Assembly (NCBI RefSeq): GCF_006345805.1
Contig: NW_021836837.1
Coordinates: forward strand, 1 to 37,119
Direction of reading: 5' to 3'
DNA length: 37,119 nt
Source: Octopus sinensis
Taxonomy: Eukaryota
Part shown: piece by piece, positions 1 to 11,163 of the stretch
Layout: the number at the start of each line of letters is the position of its first letter
Position numbering within the stretch: the first letter of the stretch is position 1
Notes under the pieces: generated by a model
Databases searched by the model: none
Told to the model about the DNA's origin: nothing
The model's input: only the letters and a program-made list of their open reading frames with translations
Program-made: the position numbers and the translations under genes

Positions 1-194
1 TGAAAATAAAATATCTTGCTCAAAGACTCAACACATCACTGAGAATTGAACTTATGACTTTACAATCGTGAGCTGAATATCCCAGCCACTAAGGCATGTG
101 CCTTTACTACATTGTACTTATGCAACAGTAAATCACATTATGTCAAAGAATGTGATATGGTTTTCCATTATGCAGAGAGATGGAATGTCTAGTA

Positions 195-500
195 CAATGG
201 ATTTGTGGATCTCTGCTTGTCTCTTAGGGTTAACTGTTGAGCCATAAGTCTGTTGAGCCATGATCTGTGTATCACAGTTGTTTGTTGAACTAGCTGCTGA
301 GCCATATGTCTATCTGCTTGATCTGTGAATCACACTTGGTCTGTTTGATCAGTTAGCAGTTGAGTAACAAGTCTACTTGATCTGTAGATCACACCAAGTT
401 ATTTGACCAGTTAGATTTTGAGTCAAAGGTCTGCTTAATCTGTGGATCACGGTTGTTTGATGAACAAGGTGTTGAGCCGTAGATCTGGTTGATCAGGACT
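195..500. repeat. ~58-bp degenerate minisatellite, ~5 units
   Basis: gatctgtgNatcac-type motif at about 263, 320, 379 and 438. Confidence 0.8.
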
Positions 501-861
501 ACTCTGGATTAAAGAACAATATGTTCATGCATATGCTCACTCTCTCTCTATTTTGCACTCTTCCTCTCTCTCTCTCTCATTCATTCACCTATACACACAT
601 ATACATACATTCAAACATCATACACACTTGCAACAAACCTGTGTCCACCCTCACAAATCTTTCCTCACATGCTTACAAACTCCCTTTCATGAGCCAGTAA
701 GTACCCCACCCTCCAAGGACTCACAAGCTCCCTCACCCCTGCTTCATGACACACAGTCTTTCTGACAAGGGGTCTTTTTTTGCTCAGATATATTTCTGTG
801 GGTTAGCAGCAAACAAATGTTTAATAATGGGTTGTTGAAGTAGTCTTTATTCATTCAGTAT

Positions 862-1369
862 AGGCACAAGCATGGCTGTGTGCTTAAGAAACTAACTTTG
901 CAACAGTGTGGCTTTGGGTTCAATCTCAATGTACAGCACTTTGAGTAAATGTCATCTTCTTTAGCCCTGGGCTGACCAATACCCTGTGAGTGAATTTGGT
1001 AGATGGAGACTGTGGAAGTCTGTCATTCACACTCATTCACATACACACTCACATACACTCACACACACACACTCACATAGGAACACACACATGAACAGAC
1101 ACACATGTATATACATTTATATATCCTTGTGCATGTGTCGTTGTCAGTGCCCCACCACCACTGCTTGGCAACTGGTGTTGATTTGTTTACATCCCTGCAA
1201 CTTAGTGGTTTGGCAACAGTGTCTGAAAAACTAATTACCAGATTTTCAAAAAATATTTAAAAAATGAGGTAAGTACTGGGAGTGATCCATTCAATTAAAA
1301 CCTTTTGAAGGCAGTGCTCCAGCATGGCCACAATGTAATGACAAACAAGTAAAAGATAAAAAAAGATAC
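862..1369 (+). mobile_element. tRNA-derived SINE family A
   Basis: Head with A-box-like tggctgtgtg and B-box-like gggttcaatc, an internal CA/TA microsatellite, and a tail ending gtaaaagataaaa. Many copies occur in the window. Confidence 0.8.
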
Positions 1370-1770
1370 TATTTTTGTGCACTGAAGATAATTATTTCCC
1401 ATTGACCCCTTCCACGGGGACTTTTTTTTGGAGAAAATGTTTCATTTTCAGACATATATATACATATATACGATGGGCTTCTTTCAGTTTCTGTCTACCA
1501 AATTCACTCACTAGGCTTTTTTTTTTTTTTTAGTATTTTTAAAGCTGAATATGGAAATAACTTCTGTTTTTATGTATTTCCAGTATTTTACTTGGAATTT
1601 TTTTTTTGAAGAACGATACCATTTTCGGCAATAACAAAATAACTTGTCTTCCTATATTTAAAAAAAATTTTTTTATTCATTGCTTTTTTTTTCCAACTTT
1701 ATCATCAAAAGTAAAGAGGAATTGTGCATTTATTTTACTCTTTTACTCTCAAAAATCTTTTTATATACTC

Positions 1771-1989
1771 TTTTTCTCTTTTACTCTTGTTTCAGTCATT
1801 TGACTGCAGCTATGCTGGGGCACTGCCTTTAGTCGAGTAAATTGACCTCAGGACTTATTCTTTGGAAGCCTAGTACTTATTCTATGGGTAACTTTTGCCA
1901 AACCACTAAGTGCAAATGCACCAACATTGGTTGTCAAGCGTTGTTGTGGGGGACAAACACATATACACACACACACACATGTGTGTATG

Positions 1990-2055
<66 letters not shown>

Positions 2056-2226
2056 ACACACATGATGGGCTTCTTGCAGTTTCCGTCTACCAAATCCACT
2101 CACAAGACTTTGGTCGGCTTGAGACTATTGTAGAAGACACTTGCCCTAGGTGCCATGCAGTGGGACTGAGCCCAGAACCATGTGGTTGGTTAGCAAGCTA
2201 CTTACCACACAGCCACTCCTGTGCCT
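1771..2226 (-). mobile_element. SINE family A, full length
   Basis: Reverse complement of the family A sequence from head (aggcacaggagtggctgtgtggtaag) to tail (gaaacaagagtaaaagag). Confidence 0.88.
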
Positions 2227-2794
2227 ATATTTTTTTTCAATTTTCATAACCAAATTTGTAAAAAAAACACCAGATAAAAACCGAGAAATGCCGAGAATTG
2301 GTGTTTAAACTCATCTGTGGCTGTTTTTGAAATTATGTTTTGGACGAGTTTTGTCATCGCTCTCTGACAAAGACAAATTGGGTGAAAACAAGTTAACTCA
2401 TCGTTGCCGGGTAAGGAATCAAGTTTAAAATGAAGACTATCTCTATATTTGAATCAGTTTTTCCTTAAAGTACAGATGATGTAGTGAACTAATTATTCCC
2501 ATTAGTCCTCATAATGTTATCTAAATGTTGATTCTACAGTATTGGTTGTTGACATTCTTTTCTGAATTGTTTTTGTTATTTCATTGCCACAACAAGTATT
2601 TTCTAGTTTTTCTTTCTCAATGTATAAGACAGTCACTGCCTTACACACAATATATATATATATATATATAAAGATAGTTGTTGATTGTCTAATGTGTGTT
2701 TCCACCCTTTCTCAAATAGTCTCTGTATGTGTCCGTGTGCTTTTCTATACCTCTTCCTTCTCTCTGAGTTTAACTAACACCCGTGGACATATTT

Positions 2795-3160
2795 CCTCTT
2801 CAAACTCCACCCATCTAACACCCGTGGACATATTTACAAAGTCAGAAAACAGCACAGCTCCCATGACTTCAGGAAACATTTTTTCATGCTGAGAGTTGCT
2901 GAAGCATGGAACAAACTGCCGGCATCGGTTGTTAGTTGTCGGAGCACTGCATCCTTCAAAACTTCCATGCTTTCTGAGATTTGCCAACACTACACCTGAT
3001 TTTCTCCTCTCCATACACACGCAAGCATGTATCTGACTCACACACTGTTCCCTTTCCAGACATTTCTACATTACTGCATATACTTTATATGCACTTTCTG
3101 ACAAGTTGTGGTGCACCTGAGCACTGTATACAATAATTTCATTATTATTATTATTATTAT
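2795..3160 (+). mobile_element. CR1-group LINE 3' end
   Basis: Reads NTRGHIYKVRKQHSSHDFRKHFFMLRVAEAWNKLPASVVSCRSTASFKTSM, matching the CR1 pattern TRGH...FF..RV...WN.LP..VV...FK. A short 3' UTR and (ATT)n tail follow at 3141-3160. Confidence 0.85.
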
Positions 3161-3329
3161 ACATCAGCTTGTCATTATCTATGTTTTTTTTTTACCAACA
3201 GCAATGCAAACCTGTCTCTTTATCTATGTGGTCTGTCTTATCTCTGTGCTTGTACGCCTGTGATGGTCTGCTTCAATCTTTGTGTATATTTTATGTTTTT
3301 AGTCAAACAAAAGGTGCTGCACCTATGAC

Positions 3330-3756
3330 CAGCACTGGATTAACCATTAAGCAAAATAAGCATGTGCTTGGAGCCTCAAGGGAAGGAGGGGGCACTACAG
3401 AAATGGTAAATAGTTTACAGCACAAAAGAAATCACTTTAAACTTGCTAAAATAATATTTGAGATGCCTTTATCTTTACAAAGTATAGATTCAGATGTGTT
3501 ACTTAAGATTAATTTTGAGGATCTGATTCAAAGACTTTGCAATTCAAAAAAGTAGGAGGGAACTTTTCAAATATAAATAAAGTGGAAGCATACAAAAATA
3601 AACATTATTTTCCCTCTTACTTTTTTGTTTCGTTTTGAAAAATAAAAATTCATTTTATGGTTTGTTATTGTTTATATTTTGAATTACATAATCTTTTATG
3701 GGGGCACCAAAACCTTTTAAGTGCTTAGGGCCTTGATGGGTCTTAACCCAGCCCTG
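3330..3756. mobile_element. hAT-type MITE
   Basis: Perfect 8-bp TSD cctatgac (3322-3329 and 3757-3764). Imperfect TIRs cagcactggattaa / ttaacccagccctg. Confidence 0.88.
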
Positions 3757-4160
3757 CCTATGACCTATTACAGGCTCACCAAGACTGGATGAACTGATGC
3801 AGTTGATGTTTCATGTTAAACAACTACAAGTCAATGTCTGCAGTGTGTAAAGCATGGCTGAACAAGGAATTACTAATCCTTGATGTTTACAGGTGGGAAA
3901 GAAGGATTAGATATAGTGACTAACCGTTAGTGTGAGACATGGTGGGGGGGAGTGTTAGGGGAGACTGATTGAGCGGCAAAAGCAGGAAGAGGAAGTGAGA
4001 TGGGTGTATTGAGTCAATGTTTGCAGGCGTCTAGTTAACTTCCATGAGCAAAAACTATCATAGCAGTGGGAGAAATAGTCGAGAGAAAAGAGTACACATC
4101 TGTTTGTAGCCATTTGCATCATTGACGTTTCAGCTTCAACCTTGCAGGTTTAGTTAGCCT

Positions 4161-4567
4161 CATCAGCATCACCACCATCAGCACCATCACCACCATCACC
4201 ACCATCACCACCATCACCACCATCACCACCACCATCATCATCACCACCACCACCACCATCATCGCCACCACCACCACCACCATAACCATCATGACCACCA
4301 CCACCATAACCATCATGGCCACCACCACCACCATCATCGCCACCACCACCACCATCATCATTACCACCATCATCACCACCACCATCATCACCACCACCGC
4401 CACCACCACCATCATCATCACCATCACCACCATCATCACCATCACCACCATCATCATCATCACCACCATCATCATCATCACCATCACCACCATTACCATC
4501 ATCACCACCACCACCACCACCATCATCATCACCACCATCACCACCACCACCACCATCATCATCATCA
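4161..4567. repeat. Compound (CAC/CAT)n trinucleotide repeat
   Basis: ~400 bp of in-phase ACC/ATC units. It explains ORFs 4119-4658 and 4291-4686. Confidence 0.95.
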
Positions 4568-5329
4568 GTTTGTTTCCCATGCTGGCATGGGTTAGACAGC
4601 TTAACAGGAACAAACCAGCTGAAGAACTACTGCTCAGGCTCCATGTTTGTTTTAGCATGGTTTCTATGGCTGGATACTATTCTTAACTTGTTACGGTTAT
4701 CTCTACAGATATTCTATAGAAATTATAGCCATAACTGATTCTTGTTACGACATTTCGTATCCTCGGATACTAAACATAACAAAAATCATTGCTGGTTTTT
4801 CAAAAGTGGTGTAAAGTGCACTGCTAACACAGTAGAACCAGTATTGATTTATAAAAAAAATCTTTAATATACCTTATAGTATATTATGGTTGCATAACGA
4901 AATACCAGGTCCCTCATCATCATCATCATCATCCTCCTGTGTTTTAAATCCAGGTTTTGTCCCTGTTAATTAGGGGTGGCAAGATCTACTTCAATGCCAT
5001 AGCAACTGAGGTAGGCAGGTGCAGCCCACCCCAACCTTTGTGCTGGCTGGTGCCCATTCTCCTTTGCTATCATGAGGCTTTTTTGGAGCTGGATTTTCTA
5101 GGGGGAGCATACCCATGGTTACCCCCAACCTCTGTTTCTAGACATGAGTCCCTATGAGTCATTAATATCCCTTCCTAACATCAACCACTTTACAGAGCAT
5201 GCTGGGTGCTTTTATGCAACACTGGTATGGATATATTTACATGGCACTAGTATGGATGCTTTTAATGTGGCACCACCACCTACAAGCTCACAATATTAGG
5301 AATGATCAGTTGGAGACAGTTCCTGGGGA

Positions 5330-5775
5330 CAAGCCTGTATGCAGGGACAACCATACTTTTCTTAGCTTTAAATGTCTTTTCAAGCTAGGTAAACTTCCAG
5401 GTATCTGTGTCCCCTGTCGTCCCCTCTGTGAGTCCCCATGTCTGTAGATCCTTTCTCACTACTTCATTCCATGTCTTTCTGGGTCTACTCCTCCCACACG
5501 TTCCTTCTGCAATTAAAGATCAGCACCTCTTGATGCAACTATCTTCATTCATACACATTACATGACCATACCAGTATAGCCTTCTCTCTTGCACTAAACA
5601 TCTGATGCCTCATATTCCCAGTTTTTCTCTTAAGTCATTTACACTCTGACATATATGCTCCCATCCAGCATTCATTTCTTTCAAGCCTTCGCATATCCTC
5701 AGTAATCACAACCCATGTCTCACTGCCATGTAGCTTAGCTGTTCATACATAGGCATCATACCTGTCTTCAATAGG
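5330..5775 (-). mobile_element. Degenerate RTE-clade LINE 3' fragment
   Basis: The minus strand translates with stops to LHGSETWVV..EDMRRLERNE...LREKLGI..IRCLVQERRLYWYGHV...GRSRPRKTWNEVVRKDL. Confidence 0.85.
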
Positions 5776-5900
5776 AGATTTCTGAGATGGTTTTACAAAA
5801 GAATCTATTCCTTTGTATTAGTGTATTGTATGATTAATGTGTGATTACATACACTAATCACCAGGACATTGGCAATCTGGAAAAATCAGCCAGATTATAT

Positions 5901-6132
5901 TTCGTTTTTGGATTTGGTTTGCAAGATTCTTTATGAGTTCGCGTGTTGAAGCATATTCTGTTGTATCTGGGGAGAGTCATTTTCTGTTTGTGCCTTATAA
6001 TTTAATTCACTCACTGGTAAAATTTCCAAACAAAAATTTTAGGAAAATAAAAATAAGAAATAAGTGGAAATTTTACCGGTGAGTGTGTTACATTATAAGG
6101 CACAGAAAGAAAATGACTCTCCCCAGACACAA
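5901..6132. mobile_element. Penelope-like element fragment with inverted duplication
   Basis: ~70-bp inverted arms (5958-6028 and 6065-6135) with flanking 14-bp direct repeats cagccagattatat. 5912-5950 is the reverse complement of 11550-11590, which belongs to the hammerhead-bearing element. Confidence 0.65.
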
Positions 6133-6817
6133 CAGCCAGATTATATAAATTGTGTAAGGGATTGCAGTTATTTCAGCTTGCCATAAGCTACCTACAGATG
6201 CAGAAACTAGGGTCACCTATGACCAACAGATTCAGGAGCAGATGCATGCTGGATTATCATGCTTTCATACATAGAAGCTGGTCGATAAGTTTTTTGCCAA
6301 CAAGTTCAATGGCTTTCGACTGGACGTAGTCTAGAATGTTTTTTTTTTTTTTTTTTTTGTGTTGCTGCAATGTCATATCAGATATGGGTGAGGTATTCTA
6401 AAGCTTCTTCTCTTTGATTGAGTTGCATTACTTTGGTGTGTGTGTGTGTGTGCATGCCATGTGATGGGATTGTCACAGTAGTAGATCTTTAATCATAAAA
6501 ACTGTTCAATTGGAGTTAATTTGGTGCTATTGAACAATGCTTACAATGTAGTACTTACGTAAGAGGTGCTACCATAACTAATCAGTTGTATAAAGTATGT
6601 TTGTTACTAGTTAAAAACTGCGTGTGTGCGCATGAGTGTGCGTGTATGCACAAACGATTACTTATGCTTACATTTTAAAACATGTAATTGCTACTCATTC
6701 ATACCATACTTAGCAAAGAATTGTATATATAATATATATAATATACATCAATGAGCACACACAGACGTGCATGTGTGTATGTATTATTCATTCACACACA
6801 CACATGCATGAATATAT

Positions 6818-7020
6818 ATCATCATCATTTAGTGCCTATCTTCTATGCTGGTATGGGTTGGAGAGTTTGACAGGATCTAGTAGCTCCAATGTCTGCTTTG
6901 GGTATGGTTTTTGCAACTAGATGCCCTTTCTAAAACCAATCACTTTACAGAGTACCCCGCATGCTTTTTTCTGTGGCACCAGCATTAGTGAGGTTGCCGT
7001 GTATCTCACAAGACTAAGAT
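6818..7020 (-). mobile_element. SINE family C, diverged
   Basis: catcatcatt...atgctggtatgggttgg...gatgccctttctaaaaccaatcactttacagag. Confidence 0.65.
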
Positions 7021-7424
7021 ACCCTTTGACTGAGTGATACTGTAATAGAGAGGGAAGTAGGTTTATGTGAAGGAAGGGCCAGAAATGTTTTCTTGCTGAA
7101 GGGAAGTTACATGGTAGCTTGGATTTTTAAGGGGTGTAGTAGGAGTAATAGGGGTGGAGCTGGAAAGTGAGATAAATGTGGGGATGACAAGGTGTTGGGT
7201 GAGCCCTGGGAGAAGAACAGGAAGGGTGTGTGGAAAGGTGTAGGAGAGCAGATGAGGAGTTGAGACTGGGTAAAATTGAGGGGTGAATGGTAGAGTAGTG
7301 TTAAAAAAATATGAGTTGGGGGGAAGCTTGGGGAAAAAGTAGGTAGAGAAGGGGTGACAAATAACAGAATAATAATTCTTTCAAATTTTAGCACAAGATC
7401 AGCAATTTTAGGAGGAGGAAGAGA

Positions 7425-7622
7425 ACATGCTTGATTGCTAAATCTACAAGTTTTTTTTTCACTCTCTCTCTGTTTATTTTCTTTTGTTCCTTTCTGTTGA
7501 AGAGCATATGCTTGAAACATCAAAGGCTTTTTCATTTTTCTCAGAGCGTCATACTAATACACCTGCTTCTTGTTCATACACCTGTCTTTGTCTCTTGTTT
7601 TTCTGTAAATTTCAACTATATA
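7425..7622 (+). repeat. PLE-terminal-repeat-like family with hammerhead-like motif (copy 1)
   Basis: Homologous to 7955-8147 and 20635-20800. It contains cttt-CTGTTGA-agagcatatgctt-GAAA-ca-TC-aaag. Confidence 0.65.
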
Positions 7623-7728
7623 GAGCAAAGTTTATTTGCCAACATAAAGTGGCAGTCCTGGTTAGGACGAATGTTGCTGCTATTTCTCATTCAGATTTAG
7701 AACTAATAGTTTTTCAACTCTCTGTGTA

Positions 7729-7775
<47 letters not shown>

Positions 7776-7954
7776 GAAGAAAATCCATGAGAGCAGAGGC
7801 AGTAGATCCAGTGGTAATCCAGGTGGAGTGCTGGTATGTAGATGAAGAGAGTTACTGAAAGTTTGGGAAGTGGTACAGATATGCAAGTCCAAAGAGTAGG
7901 AAGTTTGGTCAGGATCAAACTGGGGTAACCTCTTCTTTTCCAATCATTTCCCAT

Positions 7955-8147
7955 GCTAGACCACTGAAATCTACAAGTTCTTTTCATTCTCTCTCTGTTT
8001 ATTTTCTCTTATTCCTTTCTGTTGCAGAGCATAAGCTCAAAACATAAACGGCTTTTTTCATTTTTCCCTGAGCATCAAACTTATACACTTGCTTGTTATT
8101 CATACACCTGTCTTCGTCTTCTGTTTTTCTATAAATTCCAACTATAC
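7955..8147 (+). repeat. PLE-terminal-repeat-like family (copy 2, motif decayed)
   Basis: Collinear with 7425-7622. Confidence 0.6.
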
Positions 8148-8299
8148 ATTATACGCTCACATGGTCACCCCACTTTGGTCCTGACAGAAATTCTTACTTG
8201 CATATCTTCATCTACATACCAGTACTCCACCCGGATTACCAATAGATATACTGACTGTATTTTCACAGATTTCACTGGATTTTTCCATTGATGTTAATT

Positions 8300-8467
8300 G
8301 ATATCTAATTGATATCATTGATCCCAGTATTCATTTTACTTTATTGACCCTTAAAAATGAAAGGCAAAGCTGACCTCAGTGGGAATTGAACTCAGAATGT
8401 TAAAGAGTTGGAAGAAATGTTGCTAAGCATTTTGTCCCAGCATTACAACTCTGCCAGCTTGCTGCTG
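8300..8467 (-). mobile_element. SINE family B, diverged
   Basis: atgaaaggcaaagctgacctcagtgggaattgaactcagaatgt...ctctgccagcttgctgc. Confidence 0.75.
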
Positions 8468-8527
8468 TTAGAATAATAATAATAATAATAATACTGGTAA
8501 TAATAATAATACAATAACTAATTGGAA

Positions 8528-9042
8528 GTGCCATCATGTACATTGCTTTGTCTTGGTATAAAAGATGGGCCACAGCAAAACTTCTGCTCAATACCAGATT
8601 TGCTTGTCAGTTGTTTGACCTTATTCAGTTGAGTATGTCCCTTGGTGGCTGACAATATGTGCATCTCTGATCAGGAGCAGAAGTAGTTGGGAGGCATCAT
8701 AGCCATGTGTTGAGAGGGATTCTTTGCGGATAATTTACCCCTGGAAACGTGAGTGCTTTGTTCATCATCTTTAACCCTTTAGTGTTCATATTATTCTATC
8801 AAGCATAATGCCTATTGATTCACATTGATTTGAATTAATCATGCATTATCTCATATCTTCAAGATCTTGATGGTGTAATTACTTAATGTAGAATAATATT
8901 GTAGGGTAGGTGTGAGAGCCTGGATCTGGTCAGTTTGAATATAAAACAGATTAGATATTTTGGCCGGATATGGCCGGTTTAAATACTAAAGGGTTAAACA
9001 AAACTTATTCAGGGGCCCTTTTGAGTGTGATGGGCTACTCAA
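8528..9042. repeat. Family D repeat interrupted by a piggyBac MITE
   Basis: See 27135-27615. Confidence 0.75.
8775..8993. mobile_element. piggyBac-type MITE (family A)
   Basis: TTAA-CCCTTTAGT...ACTAAAGGG-TTAA. It interrupts a repeat whose other copy (27135-27615) has a single TTAA at the equivalent site. Confidence 0.88.
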
Positions 9043-9378
9043 TATTTTGTGTTTTGTAGAAGCATAATCAGTTAGACATAAATTTTAATGATAAAATCTT
9101 ATACGATCCCACAATGATCATGTGGATTCTGGTTGTGAAACACTTGTCTTTAGCCTTGAGTCAATCTATGCCATGTGAGTGAAAGATGGAAACTGTGTGG
9201 ATTGTTCCTGTAATTCTTGGGTCACACTGTTGCCTGGTAATTCTGCTAGAGAATAATGCTAAGGGGATATTATGTGCCTGAGGGATATTCAGACATTTCG
9301 AGTTAGGCAGTTCATTTGGTCAAATTCATGAGAATTCTGGATGAGGTGCATTTTAAGTGTGTGTGTGTGTGTGTGTGT

Positions 9379-9607
9379 ATTTTACTGCCCACAAAGGCTA
9401 AACATAGAGGGGGACAAACAAGAACAGACAAAGGGATTAAGTTGATTACATCGATCACAGTGCAAAACTGGTACTTTATTTATCGACCCCGAAAGGATGA
9501 AAGGCAAAGTCGATCTCGGTGGAATTTGAACTCAGAACGTAACGACAGACGAAATACCGCTAAGCATTTCGCCCGGCGTGCTAATGTTTCTGCCAGCTCG
9601 CCGCCTT
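9379..9607 (-). mobile_element. tRNA-derived SINE family B, full length, Tx1-like tail
   Basis: Head ggcggcgagctggcagaaa...gagttcaaattcc (A and B boxes), core gcctttcatcctttcggggtcgataaa. It is inserted within (TG)n. Confidence 0.88.
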
Positions 9608-9634
9608 GTGTGTGTGTGTGTGTGTGTGTAAAAC

Positions 9635-9850
9635 ACACCCATGCTGGTGTCATATAAAAAGCACTTATGCTGGTGGTGCGATAAAAAGCACCCAGTACAC
9701 TCTATAAGGTGGCTGACATTAGGAAGGGCATTCAGCCACAGAAACCATGCTAAAGTTGGGAGTGGAACTTGAGGCAATCCTGCAGTTTGCCAGTTCTGTC
9801 AAACTGTCCTATCCTTACCAGTATGGAAAACAGATATGAGAGGATGTTGG
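9635..9850 (+). mobile_element. SINE family C, plus orientation
   Basis: aaaagcacccagtacactc...ttaggaagggcattcagcc is the reverse complement of the family C core. Confidence 0.7.
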
Positions 9851-10421
9851 TTATGTATGTATGTATGAATATATATATGTGTGTGTGTGTATGATCATTT
9901 TAATGTCCACTTATCCATACATTCATGGGTCAGATGGACTTGGTTGAGGTAGATTTTCCATGGCCAGATTTCCCATGGCTCGATGCCCTTCCTTTTGTCT
10001 ACTCTCACCTGGTTCCACGGAAGATTGGAAACAACACCACTTCCCTGATGGTGAAGCTTGTTTACAACTATTATGTGATGCCAAGTCAAAGAGGTACACA
10101 CACATTCATACATACATACATACAATACATACATACTGTGCATAACATGCATGCATACATACATGCAATACATACAATACACACATACACACATACACGC
10201 ACATGCACACGCACACGCACACGCACACGCACACACACATGCACACGCACATACATACATGTGTGTGTGGGGAGTAGGTGTGGCTTAGTGGTTATAACAC
10301 ATATGCCACAGAAACAGGGAAACCAGGCCCATGAGCCTGGCTAGACTTGAAAAGGGCGCATAAAAAAATATGTATATATATATATATATATATGGATAAA
10401 AAATATAAATATATATATATA

Positions 10422-10836
10422 TACTCTCTTTACTCTTTTACTTGTTTCAGTCATTTGACTGCGGCCATGCTGGAGCACCGCCTTTAGTCGAGCAAATCGA
10501 CCCTGGGACTTATTCTTCGTAAGCCCAGTACTTATTCTATCGGTCTCTTTTGCCGAACCACTAAGTGACGGGGACGTAAACACACCACCATCGGTTGTCA
10601 AGCAATGCTGGGGGGACAAACACAGACATACAAACATATACACACACACACACTTATATATATATATATACATATATACGACAGGCTTCTTTCAGTTTCC
10701 ATCTACCAAATCCACTCACAAGGCATTGGTCGGCCCGGGGCTATAGCAGAAGACACTTACCCAAGGTGCCACGCAGTGGGACTGAACCCGGAACCATGTG
10801 GTTGGTTAGCAAGCTACTTACCACACAGCCACTCCT
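10422..10836 (-). mobile_element. SINE family A, well-preserved copy
   Basis: A box tggctgtgtggt and B box ggttcagtccc, retained CpGs, and a (gtaaaaga)n tail. Confidence 0.9.
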
Positions 10837-10922
10837 AATATATATATATTATCCATTTAAAAGAAAAGAAAACAGAGATTAGGAAGTTAATAATTGTTTA
10901 TTATCAACGATAAATTGGTCAT

Positions 10923-11030
10923 CTTTGCTTCTTGTAGCCGTTTCAATTAATACTCAATGATTTAATTACAAATTTGTACATTAAATTTACCTTTATGTGA
11001 CATGAGTATAAATTCATCAGAGGCAAAGAG
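10923..11030 (-). ncRNA. Degenerate hammerhead ribozyme motif
   Basis: ctttgcct-CTGATGA-atttatactca...tgagtattaatt-GAAA-cggctacaag-aagcaaag. Stems I and II are retained, while stem III and the NUH triplet are decayed. Confidence 0.5.
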
Positions 11031-11163
11031 ATGTACCTTTGGATGTTGTATGTGTGCTTATCAGTTCGTTTTAGTAAACTATATATATTTTTTATTTAAA
11101 GGACACAATATATGTCTTAAAGTGTTAATGATAATTTCATATGTTGAGAAATATCTTATATTC

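Noticed and set aside
4119-4686. 179-aa and 131-aa ORFs (poly M/V, poly T/I)
   Set aside because: Translations of the CAC/CAT triplet repeat, with no splice or homology support.
7107-7535. 142-aa minus-strand ORF over a G-rich tract
   Set aside because: Low-complexity purine-rich DNA joined to SINE and PLE remnants, with no recognisable domain. The G-runs are too dispersed for a confident G-quadruplex call.
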